From NCBI GenBank assembly GCA_050173015.1, contig JBFXLE010000003.1:128001-192000 (forward strand): DNA of 64,000 bases, given 5' to 3'. Position 1 is the stretch's first letter; every line of letters starts with the position of its first letter. The stretch comes from Calditrichaceae bacterium. Its GTDB lineage: Bacteria > Calditrichota > Calditrichia > Calditrichales > JBFXGD01. The position numbers were made by a program, and so were the translations under genes. Shown piece after piece: positions 33,752-43,197 of this stretch. The notes beneath the pieces are model-generated. The model did not search any database. It was given only the letters and a program-made list of their open reading frames with translations, and had not been told where the DNA came from.

Positions 33752-34089
33752 AAAAACAATCTCATTCCGTAATAATATTACCAGGCTTAATCATTCAGTG
33801 AACAATGTCGTAATTCTGTAAAATTTAGCAAACAAAGTTAATAAAATTATATTCTTTTTTCTACTTTTCTTTGATGAAAAAGAAGTATTGCAATATTTTA
33901 TCCCGACTTTTTGTTATTTTATTCAAATTGAACGCAAGTCGCGCAATTTATAAATACTCTCTTTTGCCTGAATTTGGCTCTCCGGATCCCCTGATTACCC
34001 TGAACTCATTTTCATCAAATATGGTAATCTTTTAATCGTTATAATTATCGTTCAGACAATATACCATCAGGAAAGAACAAATTCATACA

Positions 34090-34992
34090 TTATAGTTTTT
34101 TTTCAAATTTTATAAATCTTCGATCCACTTTTGCCTGGACATGGGATTCATAAAATGATGTTTCCGTGACATCCGGAATCACGGCCTGATTCATCTCCCA
34201 CTCTTTCATATCCTGTAAGCATCGTTTTAAAAGCACCACATCTAAATCAATGCCCCGCATTTCCGGGATCACTCCCGCGGGCCCAAACCATCCGCTGCCG
34301 AAATTATTGGTATTATGAGCGGCAAATCCTGTAATTGCGTTCCCCTTTCGCGCAATATGCATGCTGACCGGGTAGGAAAAATAAACTCTTTCGCCCTCAT
34401 TCATCCATTCTTTAAAATATTTCGCAAGAAAACCCATAATTTGATCACGCTGTTCGTAAGTGACTCTGCTAAAAAAGAAATTTAGTTTATTAAAATCCTG
34501 CTCTTCCGAGGATGTATCAAAATCCCGCTCCTTTAGAGGAACAACCAAATTCATTGATTCCGCAATCGTCCTAAATCCGAGACTCCTGGCAAAATCCATC
34601 GCTTCAGTGTAGCGGGAATCTATTCCGGGTAAATAATAATTGTCGGGAATAGTTGCAATTTTTACACTTTTCGCGCCGGAATTTATAAATTCTGCTTCCA
34701 GTGTCTGATAGAGTTGTCTGGCAATCCCTTTATGCCGGTGTGTATCAGAAACCGCGAATAATTTCAGAAACGCGATTCTCTCACCTTCGGTTTCTCTGAT
34801 CAGGCCCTGCATGAATCCCGCGAGTGAATCACCTTCCCAACAGGTAAGAACCAGCGCCGGATCAAAATCCGGGTCTTCGAGTATTTTTTCCCGGAGAAGC
34901 GGTTCGGAAAAGGTATCAAAGTTTAGATTTTCTAACAGTAGTTTTTGGATAGAGTTAATATATTCTTCTTTAAATATCCTGATCTCACGCAT
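34090..34992 (-). CDS. Tandem-domain GNAT acetyltransferase
   Basis: V...HRHKGIA and FGPAGV.PEMRG.. acetyl-CoA binding motifs. Confidence 0.8.
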   Translation of the reverse strand: MREIRIFKEEYINSIQKLLLENLNFDTFSEPLLREKILEDPDFDPALVLTCWEGDSLAGFMQGLIRETEGERIAFLKLFAVSDTHRHKGIARQLYQTLEAEFINSGAKSVKIATIPDNYYLPGIDSRYTEAMDFARSLGFRTIAESMNLVVPLKERDFDTSSEEQDFNKLNFFFSRVTYEQRDQIMGFLAKYFKEWMNEGERVYFSYPVSMHIARKGNAITGFAAHNTNNFGSGWFGPAGVIPEMRGIDLDVVLLKRCLQDMKEWEMNQAVIPDVTETSFYESHVQAKVDRRFIKFEKKL

Positions 34993-35024
34993 TACTTACC
35001 TCGTAATCTATGTACGCAAGACGG

Positions 35025-35053
35025 AATATACGAAGCGATCAAATGACGTTCAA
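35025..35053 (-). promoter_or_regulatory. Predicted housekeeping promoter of the GNAT gene
   Basis: TTGAAC-N17-TATATT on the minus strand. Confidence 0.55.
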
Positions 35054-35121
35054 AGAAAAATAATCGACGGGAATGGTGTCCGGCACATCTTTAAAATTGT
35101 CATAATCTTAAAATTCATTTT

Positions 35122-35667
35122 TCACTGACGGAAAAACTTTTGGGAATAATATCTGTCAAAAAACATATAAAACACCAAAACAATAATTGAAAAAAGAAAG
35201 ATAAAAACCGGAGCGCCGGCGGATAAATTCCTAATCGATTCAGGGATTACAATTTTAGGAAGCCGGTCTTTGAGCAGACTGATGCCATCAATTTTTTTGC
35301 CAATGGTTTCGTTTAAATGATATAAATCGGATTCCCGGTCTGTGAATAACGAAGGTGACTGACCGGAAAAGGCAATGGAGATTGCAATAACGGCAAGAAG
35401 TAAAAGCGAGACATAAGTGATCCAGTCCCGTTTTGTGACGCTTTTGCGGGACGCCTCTAAAATTCTTGATTCAACGCCCTGAAAGAGGTTTTTATTAACC
35501 GGAACCGGGCGTATTTTTTTTAGCATCTGATGCACTCCGACAGACTGCCCAATCATCTCCTGACAGGACGCACACCCTTCAATATGCAGCATTCTGTCAG
35601 ATCCCAATGAATCCCGGCCTTCCAGAAGATATATTTCTAACTCAGATCCGGATATATGCCTGTTCAA
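35122..35667 (-). CDS. Zinc-binding anti-sigma factor (ZAS) with two TM helices
   Basis: HIEGCASC (HxxxCxxC); overlaps the ECF sigma stop; two hydrophobic segments. Confidence 0.82.
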   Translation of the reverse strand: MNRHISGSELEIYLLEGRDSLGSDRMLHIEGCASCQEMIGQSVGVHQMLKKIRPVPVNKNLFQGVESRILEASRKSVTKRDWITYVSLLLLAVIAISIAFSGQSPSLFTDRESDLYHLNETIGKKIDGISLLKDRLPKIVIPESIRNLSAGAPVFIFLFSIIVLVFYMFFDRYYSQKFFRQ

Positions 35668-36272
35668 ATTAGCTCCTCTTTGGAAAAATTACTTAAGAGT
35701 ATTTCCCGCATCCGATTCCGCCCCCGGAAAAGATGCGTTTTTATGGTATTTTGAGGGGTCTCCAATACCCCGGCAATTTCAGAGACACTAAACTCATTAA
35801 GATAATACATCGAAACCACCAAACCCTGTAAAGAAGGTAAACGGTCAATGGCAGCCCACAAAATTGTTTGTAAATTGCGATTATCAAGATCGGGTTCAAT
35901 TTGACCGGCGTCCTGGGTAGTCCAGAGCGTCATCAACTCTGTACTATCCTCCTTATGGTCACCGTGAGAAAAATAATTTTTTCTAATATCACCTGCCGTC
36001 TGCACCACCTGCTTTTTCCGGAGATAATTCAGACAACTGTTATATACAATTTTATACAGCCAGGTCGTAAATTTACCTCGGCCTTCGTACGTTTGAATGT
36101 TATAATATGCTTTTACAAAAACATCCTGCGTCAACTCTTCGGCGACTTCTTTTTTGCGTACCATTTGCATGGCGATGGTGAAGACATAGTCCTGATGCAT
36201 TTGCATGAGAGACTTTAACGCCTTCATATCACCCTTTTTAAGCTGATCGATTAACTCTGTTTCTGTCATCAC
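35664..36272 (-). CDS. ECF sigma factor
   Basis: AEELTQDVF, FTTWLYKI, region 4 SVSEIA...NTIKTHLFRGR. Confidence 0.93.
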   Translation of the reverse strand: MMTETELIDQLKKGDMKALKSLMQMHQDYVFTIAMQMVRKKEVAEELTQDVFVKAYYNIQTYEGRGKFTTWLYKIVYNSCLNYLRKKQVVQTAGDIRKNYFSHGDHKEDSTELMTLWTTQDAGQIEPDLDNRNLQTILWAAIDRLPSLQGLVVSMYYLNEFSVSEIAGVLETPQNTIKTHLFRGRNRMREILLSNFSKEELI

Positions 36273-36280
36273 ACCTACTT

Positions 36281-36308
36281 AGACAGGTTAAAGATTAAAA
36301 GGGTTTCA
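36281..36308 (-). promoter_or_regulatory. ECF-type promoter of the sigma/anti-sigma operon
   Basis: TGAAACC-N14-CCTGTCT ending 8 nt before the GTG start. Confidence 0.7.
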
Positions 36309-36324
36309 AAAAAAACAATAAAAT

Positions 36325-36352
36325 TGAAACCATTCCGCGTAATCTCCTGTCT
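36325..36352 (+). promoter_or_regulatory. ECF-type promoter of the divergent membrane-protein gene
   Basis: TGAAACC-N14-CCTGTCT, same boxes and spacing as the minus-strand copy. Confidence 0.7.
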
Positions 36353-36382
36353 TATAGTACAAAACCAAACAGGAGGAAATCA

Positions 36383-36730
36383 ATGCTAGCGGAAATATTA
36401 ATCCCAATCACTTTTTTCATCGCGGTTTCTATAGTCATTTATCAATACTTTCATGGCCGGCATCTTGAAAAAATGAAAATAATTGAAAAAGGAGTAGGAG
36501 GAGATGAGCTAAAGCATCTCCTTGGTCACTACAAAAAAAGCGCGAACAATTTAAATCTTGTAAAATTCGGAATCATTTTAATTGGTATCGGATTAGCCAT
36601 ACTGATTGGGAATTTTATGCCTGAAGATTCGAATGAACAAGTCACATTAAGCCTTATATTTCTATTCCCCGGGATAGGTCTGCTGATTTTTTATCATTTT
36701 TTCCAGAAAAACCAGAAAGATGTCCAATAG
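36383..36730 (+). CDS. Small three-TM membrane protein (DUF6249-like)
   Basis: SD AGGAGG; TM, RHLEKMKIIEKG, two further TMs. Confidence 0.75.
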   Translation: MLAEILIPITFFIAVSIVIYQYFHGRHLEKMKIIEKGVGGDELKHLLGHYKKSANNLNLVKFGIILIGIGLAILIGNFMPEDSNEQVTLSLIFLFPGIGLLIFYHFFQKNQKDVQ

Positions 36731-36741
36731 TATCACCCGAC

Positions 36742-36770
36742 ACAGCCGGTCCTGTCATCTGACCGGCTGT
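36742..36770. terminator. Hairpin between convergent genes
   Basis: Perfect 10-bp stem ACAGCCGGTC/GACCGGCTGT; weak U-tracts. Confidence 0.6.
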
Positions 36771-36787
36771 TCATCTTAAAAATCCGA

Positions 36788-38938
36788 TCAATTAGTGATC
36801 AGTTTTTTTAACTCTTCTGTTGAAAAAACCGGCAGGCTGCATGTGTAATTTTGACAAACATACGCTGTTACTTTTCCATTGATGGGTTCTTTGCCCTGAA
36901 GCAGTGAATTTGTCATCACGGAATGTCCCTTACCGGGAGTGATGATCATCAGCACTTTATTGGGAACGTATGATTGATTGATTACATCCAGGTAGGGACC
37001 AATTTCCATCTCCTGAGGCCGCGCGATCAATATTTCCTTCGGTTTCTTAATATAAAAATCAAGCGCGTTTAAATAGCTTGCGTAACCATAGGGATTTACC
37101 GGAAACTCTCCTCCGTATTTCTTAAATATGTTCTCACATATTTTCATCAGATCATTATCTTCAGTGAGAGAAAATATCCTCAGATTATTTAACAGCATAA
37201 TCCCGGTTCCGGAAGGAATCGACTGATCGGTTTCATCCTTTAGTCTCTTGAAAAGTTCTTCCTGCTCATTTGATGTGTAATAATATCCTCCGTTTTCCGG
37301 ATCCAGAAAATTCTTGTTTACATACTGGGTTAACTCAAAAGCCCATTTTAAATAATCATCATTAAAAAGAGCCTCATATGCATCGAGGAGTCCCCTGATC
37401 AGATTGGCGTAATCATCAAGATAACCACTGTATTTCGCTATGCCATTTTTATATGTCCGCAGCAAGCGCTTGTTTTTATATAATTTTTTTTTCATAAAAT
37501 CGATGTTTTTTTCGATGATTATTCGGTATGAGTCCTTTCTTTCTGTCTGATAGGCCCGCGCGTACGCCGATAACATCAATCCATTCCATGAGGTAAGGAT
37601 TTTATCGTCTAATGCAGGTCTGACGCGATTTTCACGATCGTTTAAAAGGACTATTTTTCCTTCGGCAATAATATTCTTTATTTCATCCGCGGTCTTCTTG
37701 TATTTTTTTCCCAGAGTATCAATATCACCCGAAATATGCAAAATATTGGTCCCTTCAAAATTACCTTTTTCTGTAACACTATAAAAAGAGCAGAAGATTT
37801 CACCATTTTCATTTCCGAGCGACTTCAGGACCTCATCCTTTGTCCATACATAGAATTTTCCCTCTACACCTTCGCTGTCAGCATCCAGACTGCTGTAAAA
37901 TCCGCCGTCATCAGCATAAAGTTCTCTGGAGACGAACTCGAGGACATTAAACGCCACATTCTTATAAAAATCATCACCCGTAAGCAGATATGTATCCAAA
38001 TAGAGAGGCGCCAGCTGCGCGTTATCATAAAGCATTTTTTCAAAATGCGGAACAAGCCAGCGCTCATCAACCGAATATCGGGCAAATCCTCCGCCGATCT
38101 GATCATAAATTCCGCCGTTTGCCATATTCCTAAGCGTAAATGTCACCATATCTAGATAATCTTTATCCCGGTCAGTTTTATATTTTCTCAAGAAAAGATT
38201 TAAAGCCTGAACGGCCGGAAATTTTGGGGCATGACCGATACCGCCGAAATTCGGCTCATAATATTGTTTCAACCCATTTAGAGCCTGATCAAACACTTCA
38301 GGTCCCGGAAGTTCGTCCCCCTGAACTTCTTTCATGGAATGATCAAACGCATCATGCACCTGTTGTATGCTCTTGTCAAGTTTATCTTTTTCATTGTGAT
38401 AAAACTCAGCCACCGACTTTATCAATCTTTTAAATCCCGGTCTGCCATATCGGTCGTCCGGCGGAAAATAGGTGCCTCCGTAAAATGGTTTCTGTTCGGG
38501 TGTCAAAAAAACACTCATCGGCCAGCCGCCACTGCCTGTATACATTTGTACATATGCCATGTAAATCTGATCAATATCCGGCCTTTCCTCACGGTCAACT
38601 TTAATATTTATGAATAATTCATTCATAATCTTTGCGGTCCCTTCATCTTCAAAAGATTCCCTTTCCATCACATGACACCAGTGACAGGCCGCGTAACCGA
38701 TACTCAGGAAAATTGGTTTGTCCTTTTCCTTCGCCAGTCTCAGTGCTTCCTCCCCCCAGGGATACCAGTTTACCGGGTTGTGCGCGTGTTGTAAAAGGTA
38801 TGGGCTTGTTTCGTTGATTAACTGGTTTGTAAATTGATGCATTGGAGTACCCTCAGATTTATTTTTATCCGGACCACAGGCTATGATTAATAGAATAATC
38901 GGCAACATATGATTCAACAACTTGTTCATATCCACCAT
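36788..38938 (-). CDS. Thioredoxin-domain YyaL/SSP411-family protein
   Basis: [48 protein letters not shown]; start ambiguous (38938, 38929 or 38842). Confidence 0.93.
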   Translation of the reverse strand: MVDMNKLLNHMLPIILLIIACGPDKNKSEGTPMHQFTNQLINETSPYLLQHAHNPVNWYPWGEEALRLAKEKDKPIFLSIGYAACHWCHVMERESFEDEGTAKIMNELFINIKVDREERPDIDQIYMAYVQMYTGSGGWPMSVFLTPEQKPFYGGTYFPPDDRYGRPGFKRLIKSVAEFYHNEKDKLDKSIQQVHDAFDHSMKEVQGDELPGPEVFDQALNGLKQYYEPNFGGIGHAPKFPAVQALNLFLRKYKTDRDKDYLDMVTFTLRNMANGGIYDQIGGGFARYSVDERWLVPHFEKMLYDNAQLAPLYLDTYLLTGDDFYKNVAFNVLEFVSRELYADDGGFYSSLDADSEGVEGKFYVWTKDEVLKSLGNENGEIFCSFYSVTEKGNFEGTNILHISGDIDTLGKKYKKTADEIKNIIAEGKIVLLNDRENRVRPALDDKILTSWNGLMLSAYARAYQTERKDSYRIIIEKNIDFMKKKLYKNKRLLRTYKNGIAKYSGYLDDYANLIRGLLDAYEALFNDDYLKWAFELTQYVNKNFLDPENGGYYYTSNEQEELFKRLKDETDQSIPSGTGIMLLNNLRIFSLTEDNDLMKICENIFKKYGGEFPVNPYGYASYLNALDFYIKKPKEILIARPQEMEIGPYLDVINQSYVPNKVLMIITPGKGHSVMTNSLLQGKEPINGKVTAYVCQNYTCSLPVFSTEELKKLITN

Positions 38939-39019
38939 TTTGTTATTTATTGATTAATACGCAATACTTGAGGCGGGTATTTCCATAAACATATCGTCAA
39001 ACGAGGTAATAAAGATAGA

Positions 39020-39058
39020 GGAATGAAATCCTGATTTTTTTTCAGGAATAATCATTCC
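39020..39058. other. Imperfect inverted repeat downstream of the peroxiredoxin gene
   Basis: GGAATGA..TCCTGA-T7-TCAGGA....TCATTCC. Confidence 0.45.
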
Positions 39059-39116
39059 CCGCTAAAATATTACTGTGAAGTAACTTTAAAAAATGGGTGT
39101 AGTAACACCGACAGAA

Positions 39117-39833
39117 CTACAAATCTTCTTTGGGATTCCAATGTTTCCAGACCTGCCCGACAAGATCAGGACCTGGTTTAAGCGTTTTTTTACCCGGCTG
39201 CCACCCTGCGGGACAAACTTCGGCCCCTTTTGTATTCCTGACATGCTGAAATGCCTGGATCTGCCGGATGGTTTCCCTGATATCACGGCCAACCGGAGGA
39301 GTCATCACTTCCATAGCCTGAATAACTCCGTCGGGATCTATGATGAAACGTCCCCGGAGTTCGACTCCGGCAGATTCATCATAAACTCCGTAAACTTTCC
39401 CGAGATTACCCGGTCCGTCCGATACCATATGAAACGGGATATCGTGACCAACCATCTTTGAGAGCTCCTGATCATTCCACGTTTTATGTACAAAAATACT
39501 ATCCACGCTTACTGAAATAACTTCCACTCCCAATTTTTGTAAATCCACATATTTTTCAGCGACCGCTGAAACTTCAGTCGCTCAGACAAAGGTAAAATCC
39601 CCGGGGTAAAAACAAAGTACAACCCAGCGCCCGAGAAGATTTGAAAGTTTAATTTCAGTAAATTTTCCCTTAAAATACGCCGGTGCCTCAAAATCCGGCG
39701 CGAGGGAACCAACTTTTGCTGTTATCATAGAATTCTCCTTCTGTTCATAACGGTTGTCTGTCGACTCCTTGTTCTCCGGTGCACCGACCACAGTTCCTAT
39801 AGGCCGGGCACAACCAATTTTGCTTTCGGCCAT
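39117..39833 (-). CDS. prxU: Selenocysteine-containing peroxiredoxin (AhpC/Prx1 type), read through in-frame UGA at 39582-39584
   Basis: Track ORFs 39582..39833 and 39117..39548 share one frame; joined sequence [14 protein letters not shown] matches the Prx motif FTFVCPTE; resolving EVCPAGW; 238 aa. Confidence 0.9.
39554..39571 (-). promoter_or_regulatory. Bacterial SECIS-like hairpin
   Basis: UUUCAGC-GGUC-GCUGAAA begins 10 nt after the UGA; apical loop starts with G. Confidence 0.8.
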
Positions 39834-40063
39834 ATTTAATCTCCTTTAATAATTAATACTACCTACACCCGCTTTAATGTAATCAGATAAACCGGGTATC
39901 GAAAGAGATATTTAATTTCCTGATTCAGCCCTTTACATCTAATTGTTGGATGGCGTTTTTAATTTTGGAATTTGAGACCCTCAGGTTTAAATTAGGCTAA
40001 ACTATTGATTAGGCAGCATCATCTTAATATAAGTCACACTATCAGGATAAAGATAAATCCGCT

Positions 40064-41230
40064 ATGGGAATTGTTTCGCTGATCGTAATACTGCTATTAT
40101 TGCTTTTGACCTATCTCGCCGGATTAGCCATTCTAAGCAACGGTTTAAATCAACTCGGGATAAAAGAAAGAACGGATAGAAAACCTCGGGTAAGTGTTAT
40201 CATCTCAGCAAGGAATGAAGAGACGAATCTTTCTGATGGACTAAAATATCTTTCTATGCAGTCATATCCAAAAGACTTGATTGAGTTTATTATCGTAAAC
40301 GACCGCTCGACGGACAAAACGGAAGAGATCATTAACAGATACCGCGCTGATGATCCCCGGTTCAGACTAATTACGATTAAAGACCGGATTCCCGGATTCG
40401 CGCCAAAAAAGAGAGCCATTGACACAGCCATAAAATCCGCAAAAGGAGAAATTATTCTGCTGACCGATGCGGATGGCCGACCCGGTTCAAGATGGGTAGA
40501 GACGATGATCTCCTACTTTACCGATGATACCGATATGGTTCTTGGCTACGCGCCGTACACATCTTCAGACTCAGGTTCGTCCACTCAAAAAATGCTCGCG
40601 ATCGAATATCTGTCCCATGCCGTAATTGCCGCGTCAACCACAGGGTTAGGCTATCCAGTAACATGTGTTGGAACAAATATGGCATATCGAAAAGAATTAT
40701 ATAATGATATCGGCGGATTTGGGGAATTTGAACCGTATATCTCAGGAGATGATGATCTTTTCCTGACACGGGTCAGAGAAGCCGGAAAATATAGAGTCCG
40801 TTACGCGCCCGGTAAAACAGCTCATGTTTACAATGATCCACCTAAAACGTGGAGTTCATTCTTTCATCAGCGGATGCGTTACGCCAGCAAGGGATTTGAT
40901 TATCCCATTAAGGTCACTCTCGGCTTGATCACTCTCTTCACCTTTAATTTGATGATTTTTACAGGTATTATATCATATTTTTTAAGTCCGCTGTTTTTTA
41001 AAACCGCTCTTGTCGTGTATGTGGTAAAAACTCTTTCAGAGTTTCTGTTTATGAAAAAAGCCGCGCGCGTATTGAACGACATGCGCAATCTTGATGTTTT
41101 TTTCCTTGCCGCGCTGTTGCATATCCCTTACGTCATTTTCTTTGGGATTGCCGGGCAGTTTAAACAATTTAGATGGGCCGAAGCGGGTGTGGAAAACGCG
41201 CTGCAAACCGATTCCACACAAAGCGCCTGA
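40064..41230 (+). CDS. GT2-family membrane glycosyltransferase
   Basis: ISARNEE, NDRSTD, TDAD, GDDD, QRMRY; N- and C-terminal TMs. Confidence 0.9.
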   Translation: MGIVSLIVILLLLLLTYLAGLAILSNGLNQLGIKERTDRKPRVSVIISARNEETNLSDGLKYLSMQSYPKDLIEFIIVNDRSTDKTEEIINRYRADDPRFRLITIKDRIPGFAPKKRAIDTAIKSAKGEIILLTDADGRPGSRWVETMISYFTDDTDMVLGYAPYTSSDSGSSTQKMLAIEYLSHAVIAASTTGLGYPVTCVGTNMAYRKELYNDIGGFGEFEPYISGDDDLFLTRVREAGKYRVRYAPGKTAHVYNDPPKTWSSFFHQRMRYASKGFDYPIKVTLGLITLFTFNLMIFTGIISYFLSPLFFKTALVVYVVKTLSEFLFMKKAARVLNDMRNLDVFFLAALLHIPYVIFFGIAGQFKQFRWAEAGVENALQTDSTQSA

Positions 41231-41264
41231 ATCCTGTCATTAAAATTTCAAAACTTACCGTAGA

Positions 41265-42401
41265 ATGATGGATGCAAATTTGATAACAGAGTTATGCCTG
41301 GTTTTAGGGATCACTTATTTTTTCACCGCGCTTTACCTGATGAGTCAAAAATCTCCGGAAAAAACTGAACAAAGTAATCTTCCTGAGATTTCGGTTCTGG
41401 TAGCGATGAGAGATGAAGAAAAGAACATTTCCTCTTGCCTTCAGTCACTTGCCGGACAAAACTACCCCACTCATCTTTTCAGGGTAATCATAATCGACGA
41501 CCGTTCAGCGGACAATTCGGCCGCGATTGCCGAAGAGTTTGTCAAAAGCAATGAGAATTTTCAGTTGATCCATATCCGGGAAGATTTGCATGGATTATAT
41601 GGGAAGATGAATGCTCTTTCCCAGGCATTGGAGCAAGTTGATTCCGAAATTGTTCTAATTACGGATGCCGATTGTATCGTACCTAAGTCATGGATAAGGA
41701 CCTACGCTTCATATTTTAATCCAAATACCGGGATGACCGGCGGATTAACAACCCTGGTTCCTCTGGAATTTATGAGTATACAAGAGGATTCTGTGCCTCT
41801 GTTCGCTAAAATTCAGGCCATAGACTGGCTATTTTTGCAATCCATTGCCTCGGGTACGAGCAATGCCGGAAAACCTGTGACAATTTTAGGAAACAATTTT
41901 GGATTCAGAATGGCGGCATATCACGAGACCGGCGGATTCAAAAAACTGGGATTTTCTATCACAGAAGATTTCGCGCTGATGAAGGCAATTGAAAAAACAG
42001 GTAACTGGAAAATAAAGCATACACAGGATATCGATAATACCGTATTCAGTTCACCAGTTAAAACACTAAAGGATTTTTATCATCAAAGACAGAGATGGAT
42101 CTCCGGTGGAAAGTCTTCCCGGCCCTGGGGATATTTCCTGATGGCGCAATCGTTGCTGGCTCATATCTCTATAATTCTTGTATTTTCATTTTCACAATGG
42201 AATGCCGGCGCAGGGGCGGGAATAGGGCTTATTTTAGGGATTGATTATTTATTGATAAAACAGCAGACAAGACGATTGAATATTAAATATCTAAACCGAT
42301 ATTTTATCCACTTTGAGATATTTTATATTTTGTACACTGTTATATTTGGAGTACTTTTTTTTCTTCCCACAAAAATTATCTGGAAGAATCGTACCTATTA
42401 A
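41265..42401 (+). CDS. GT2-family membrane glycosyltransferase
   Basis: AMRDEE, DDRS.D, TDADC, TED, QRQRW. Confidence 0.9.
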   Translation: MMDANLITELCLVLGITYFFTALYLMSQKSPEKTEQSNLPEISVLVAMRDEEKNISSCLQSLAGQNYPTHLFRVIIIDDRSADNSAAIAEEFVKSNENFQLIHIREDLHGLYGKMNALSQALEQVDSEIVLITDADCIVPKSWIRTYASYFNPNTGMTGGLTTLVPLEFMSIQEDSVPLFAKIQAIDWLFLQSIASGTSNAGKPVTILGNNFGFRMAAYHETGGFKKLGFSITEDFALMKAIEKTGNWKIKHTQDIDNTVFSSPVKTLKDFYHQRQRWISGGKSSRPWGYFLMAQSLLAHISIILVFSFSQWNAGAGAGIGLILGIDYLLIKQQTRRLNIKYLNRYFIHFEIFYILYTVIFGVLFFLPTKIIWKNRTY

Positions 42402-42404
42402 AAT

Positions 42405-42435
42405 AAAAAAAAGGAGCGTGACGCTCCTTTTTTTT
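42405..42435. terminator. Bidirectional intrinsic terminator
   Basis: A8-GGAGCGT-g-ACGCTCC-T8 between convergent operons. Confidence 0.9.
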
Positions 42436-43183
42436 ATTCTATCAGTTTATCTCTTTCCAGATTCCACTGGACCCAGCTGTTTTTCGCGTCATCCGCAATA
42501 TCAAACTCTGATTTCTGAAAAGTACCGTCCGGTTTTACCCTTATCTGCTGCTGGGCTTTAATAATCTCGAACCATTCCTCCATTGTCACCTGTTTTGGTC
42601 CCTGTATCTGTTCAGGACCTTTGATTTGCTGAGGCGGCCCAGGCTTCTTTTGAGGTTCAACAGTACCCATTTGCCAACCGGGAGAACCAACACCCACGCT
42701 TCCTTCGTAAACTTTTACAAGTGTTGTTGAATCGGCTTCAGCATCCATTCTGTAAATGGTGCCTCTGATCGCCACAACCGCAGAGGGCCCTCTTAACTTC
42801 CATTTGTCAGAAGACTTGGTAAGCTTCTTTACATTCGCCCAAAGTTTTCCTATTGAAAGTTCCGACTGAACATTTTTTTCTTTATCAGTGATGCTGGCTT
42901 TTTCAATGGTGTAAATACTCTGTTCATCAATTCTGATAATGCTCCCGTCCTTAAATTTAATCTCGCAGCGTGACTGGGGTTGTGTTTTAACTTTGTCCCC
43001 TTCAAACAGATTCATATTGAACGCTGCTTTGGACATCTGTTTTTCGCCCTTCTTAAGAACAAGAACGTTGCCAAGCGGGAAACTGATCTTTGCCACGCCT
43101 TCCTTGTTCTGGAAAGTATAAGAACTTAGTATAATTGCCATACCAAGCGCTATAACTATAAGGGATGATAATTTATATTTCAT
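42434..43183 (-). CDS. FecR-domain exported protein
   Basis: Signal/TM, GDKVKT...SRCEI.F.DGS.IRI, AVVAIRGT, VKVYEGSV. Confidence 0.8.
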   Translation of the reverse strand: MKYKLSSLIVIALGMAIILSSYTFQNKEGVAKISFPLGNVLVLKKGEKQMSKAAFNMNLFEGDKVKTQPQSRCEIKFKDGSIIRIDEQSIYTIEKASITDKEKNVQSELSIGKLWANVKKLTKSSDKWKLRGPSAVVAIRGTIYRMDAEADSTTLVKVYEGSVGVGSPGWQMGTVEPQKKPGPPQQIKGPEQIQGPKQVTMEEWFEIIKAQQQIRVKPDGTFQKSEFDIADDAKNSWVQWNLERDKLIE

Positions 43184-43197
43184 ACTTGCCCCCGGTT

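Noticed and set aside
33957-33983. Glycine-riboswitch-like words GGAGAG and TCAGGCAAAAG on the minus strand
   Set aside because: Only 7 nt separate them, the P2/P3 core with CCGAAG is missing, and the downstream gene is a patatin
39582-39584. Peroxiredoxin pseudogene (nonsense mutation)
   Set aside because: The stop is TGA exactly at the catalytic Cys, a SECIS-like hairpin follows, and both halves are otherwise intact
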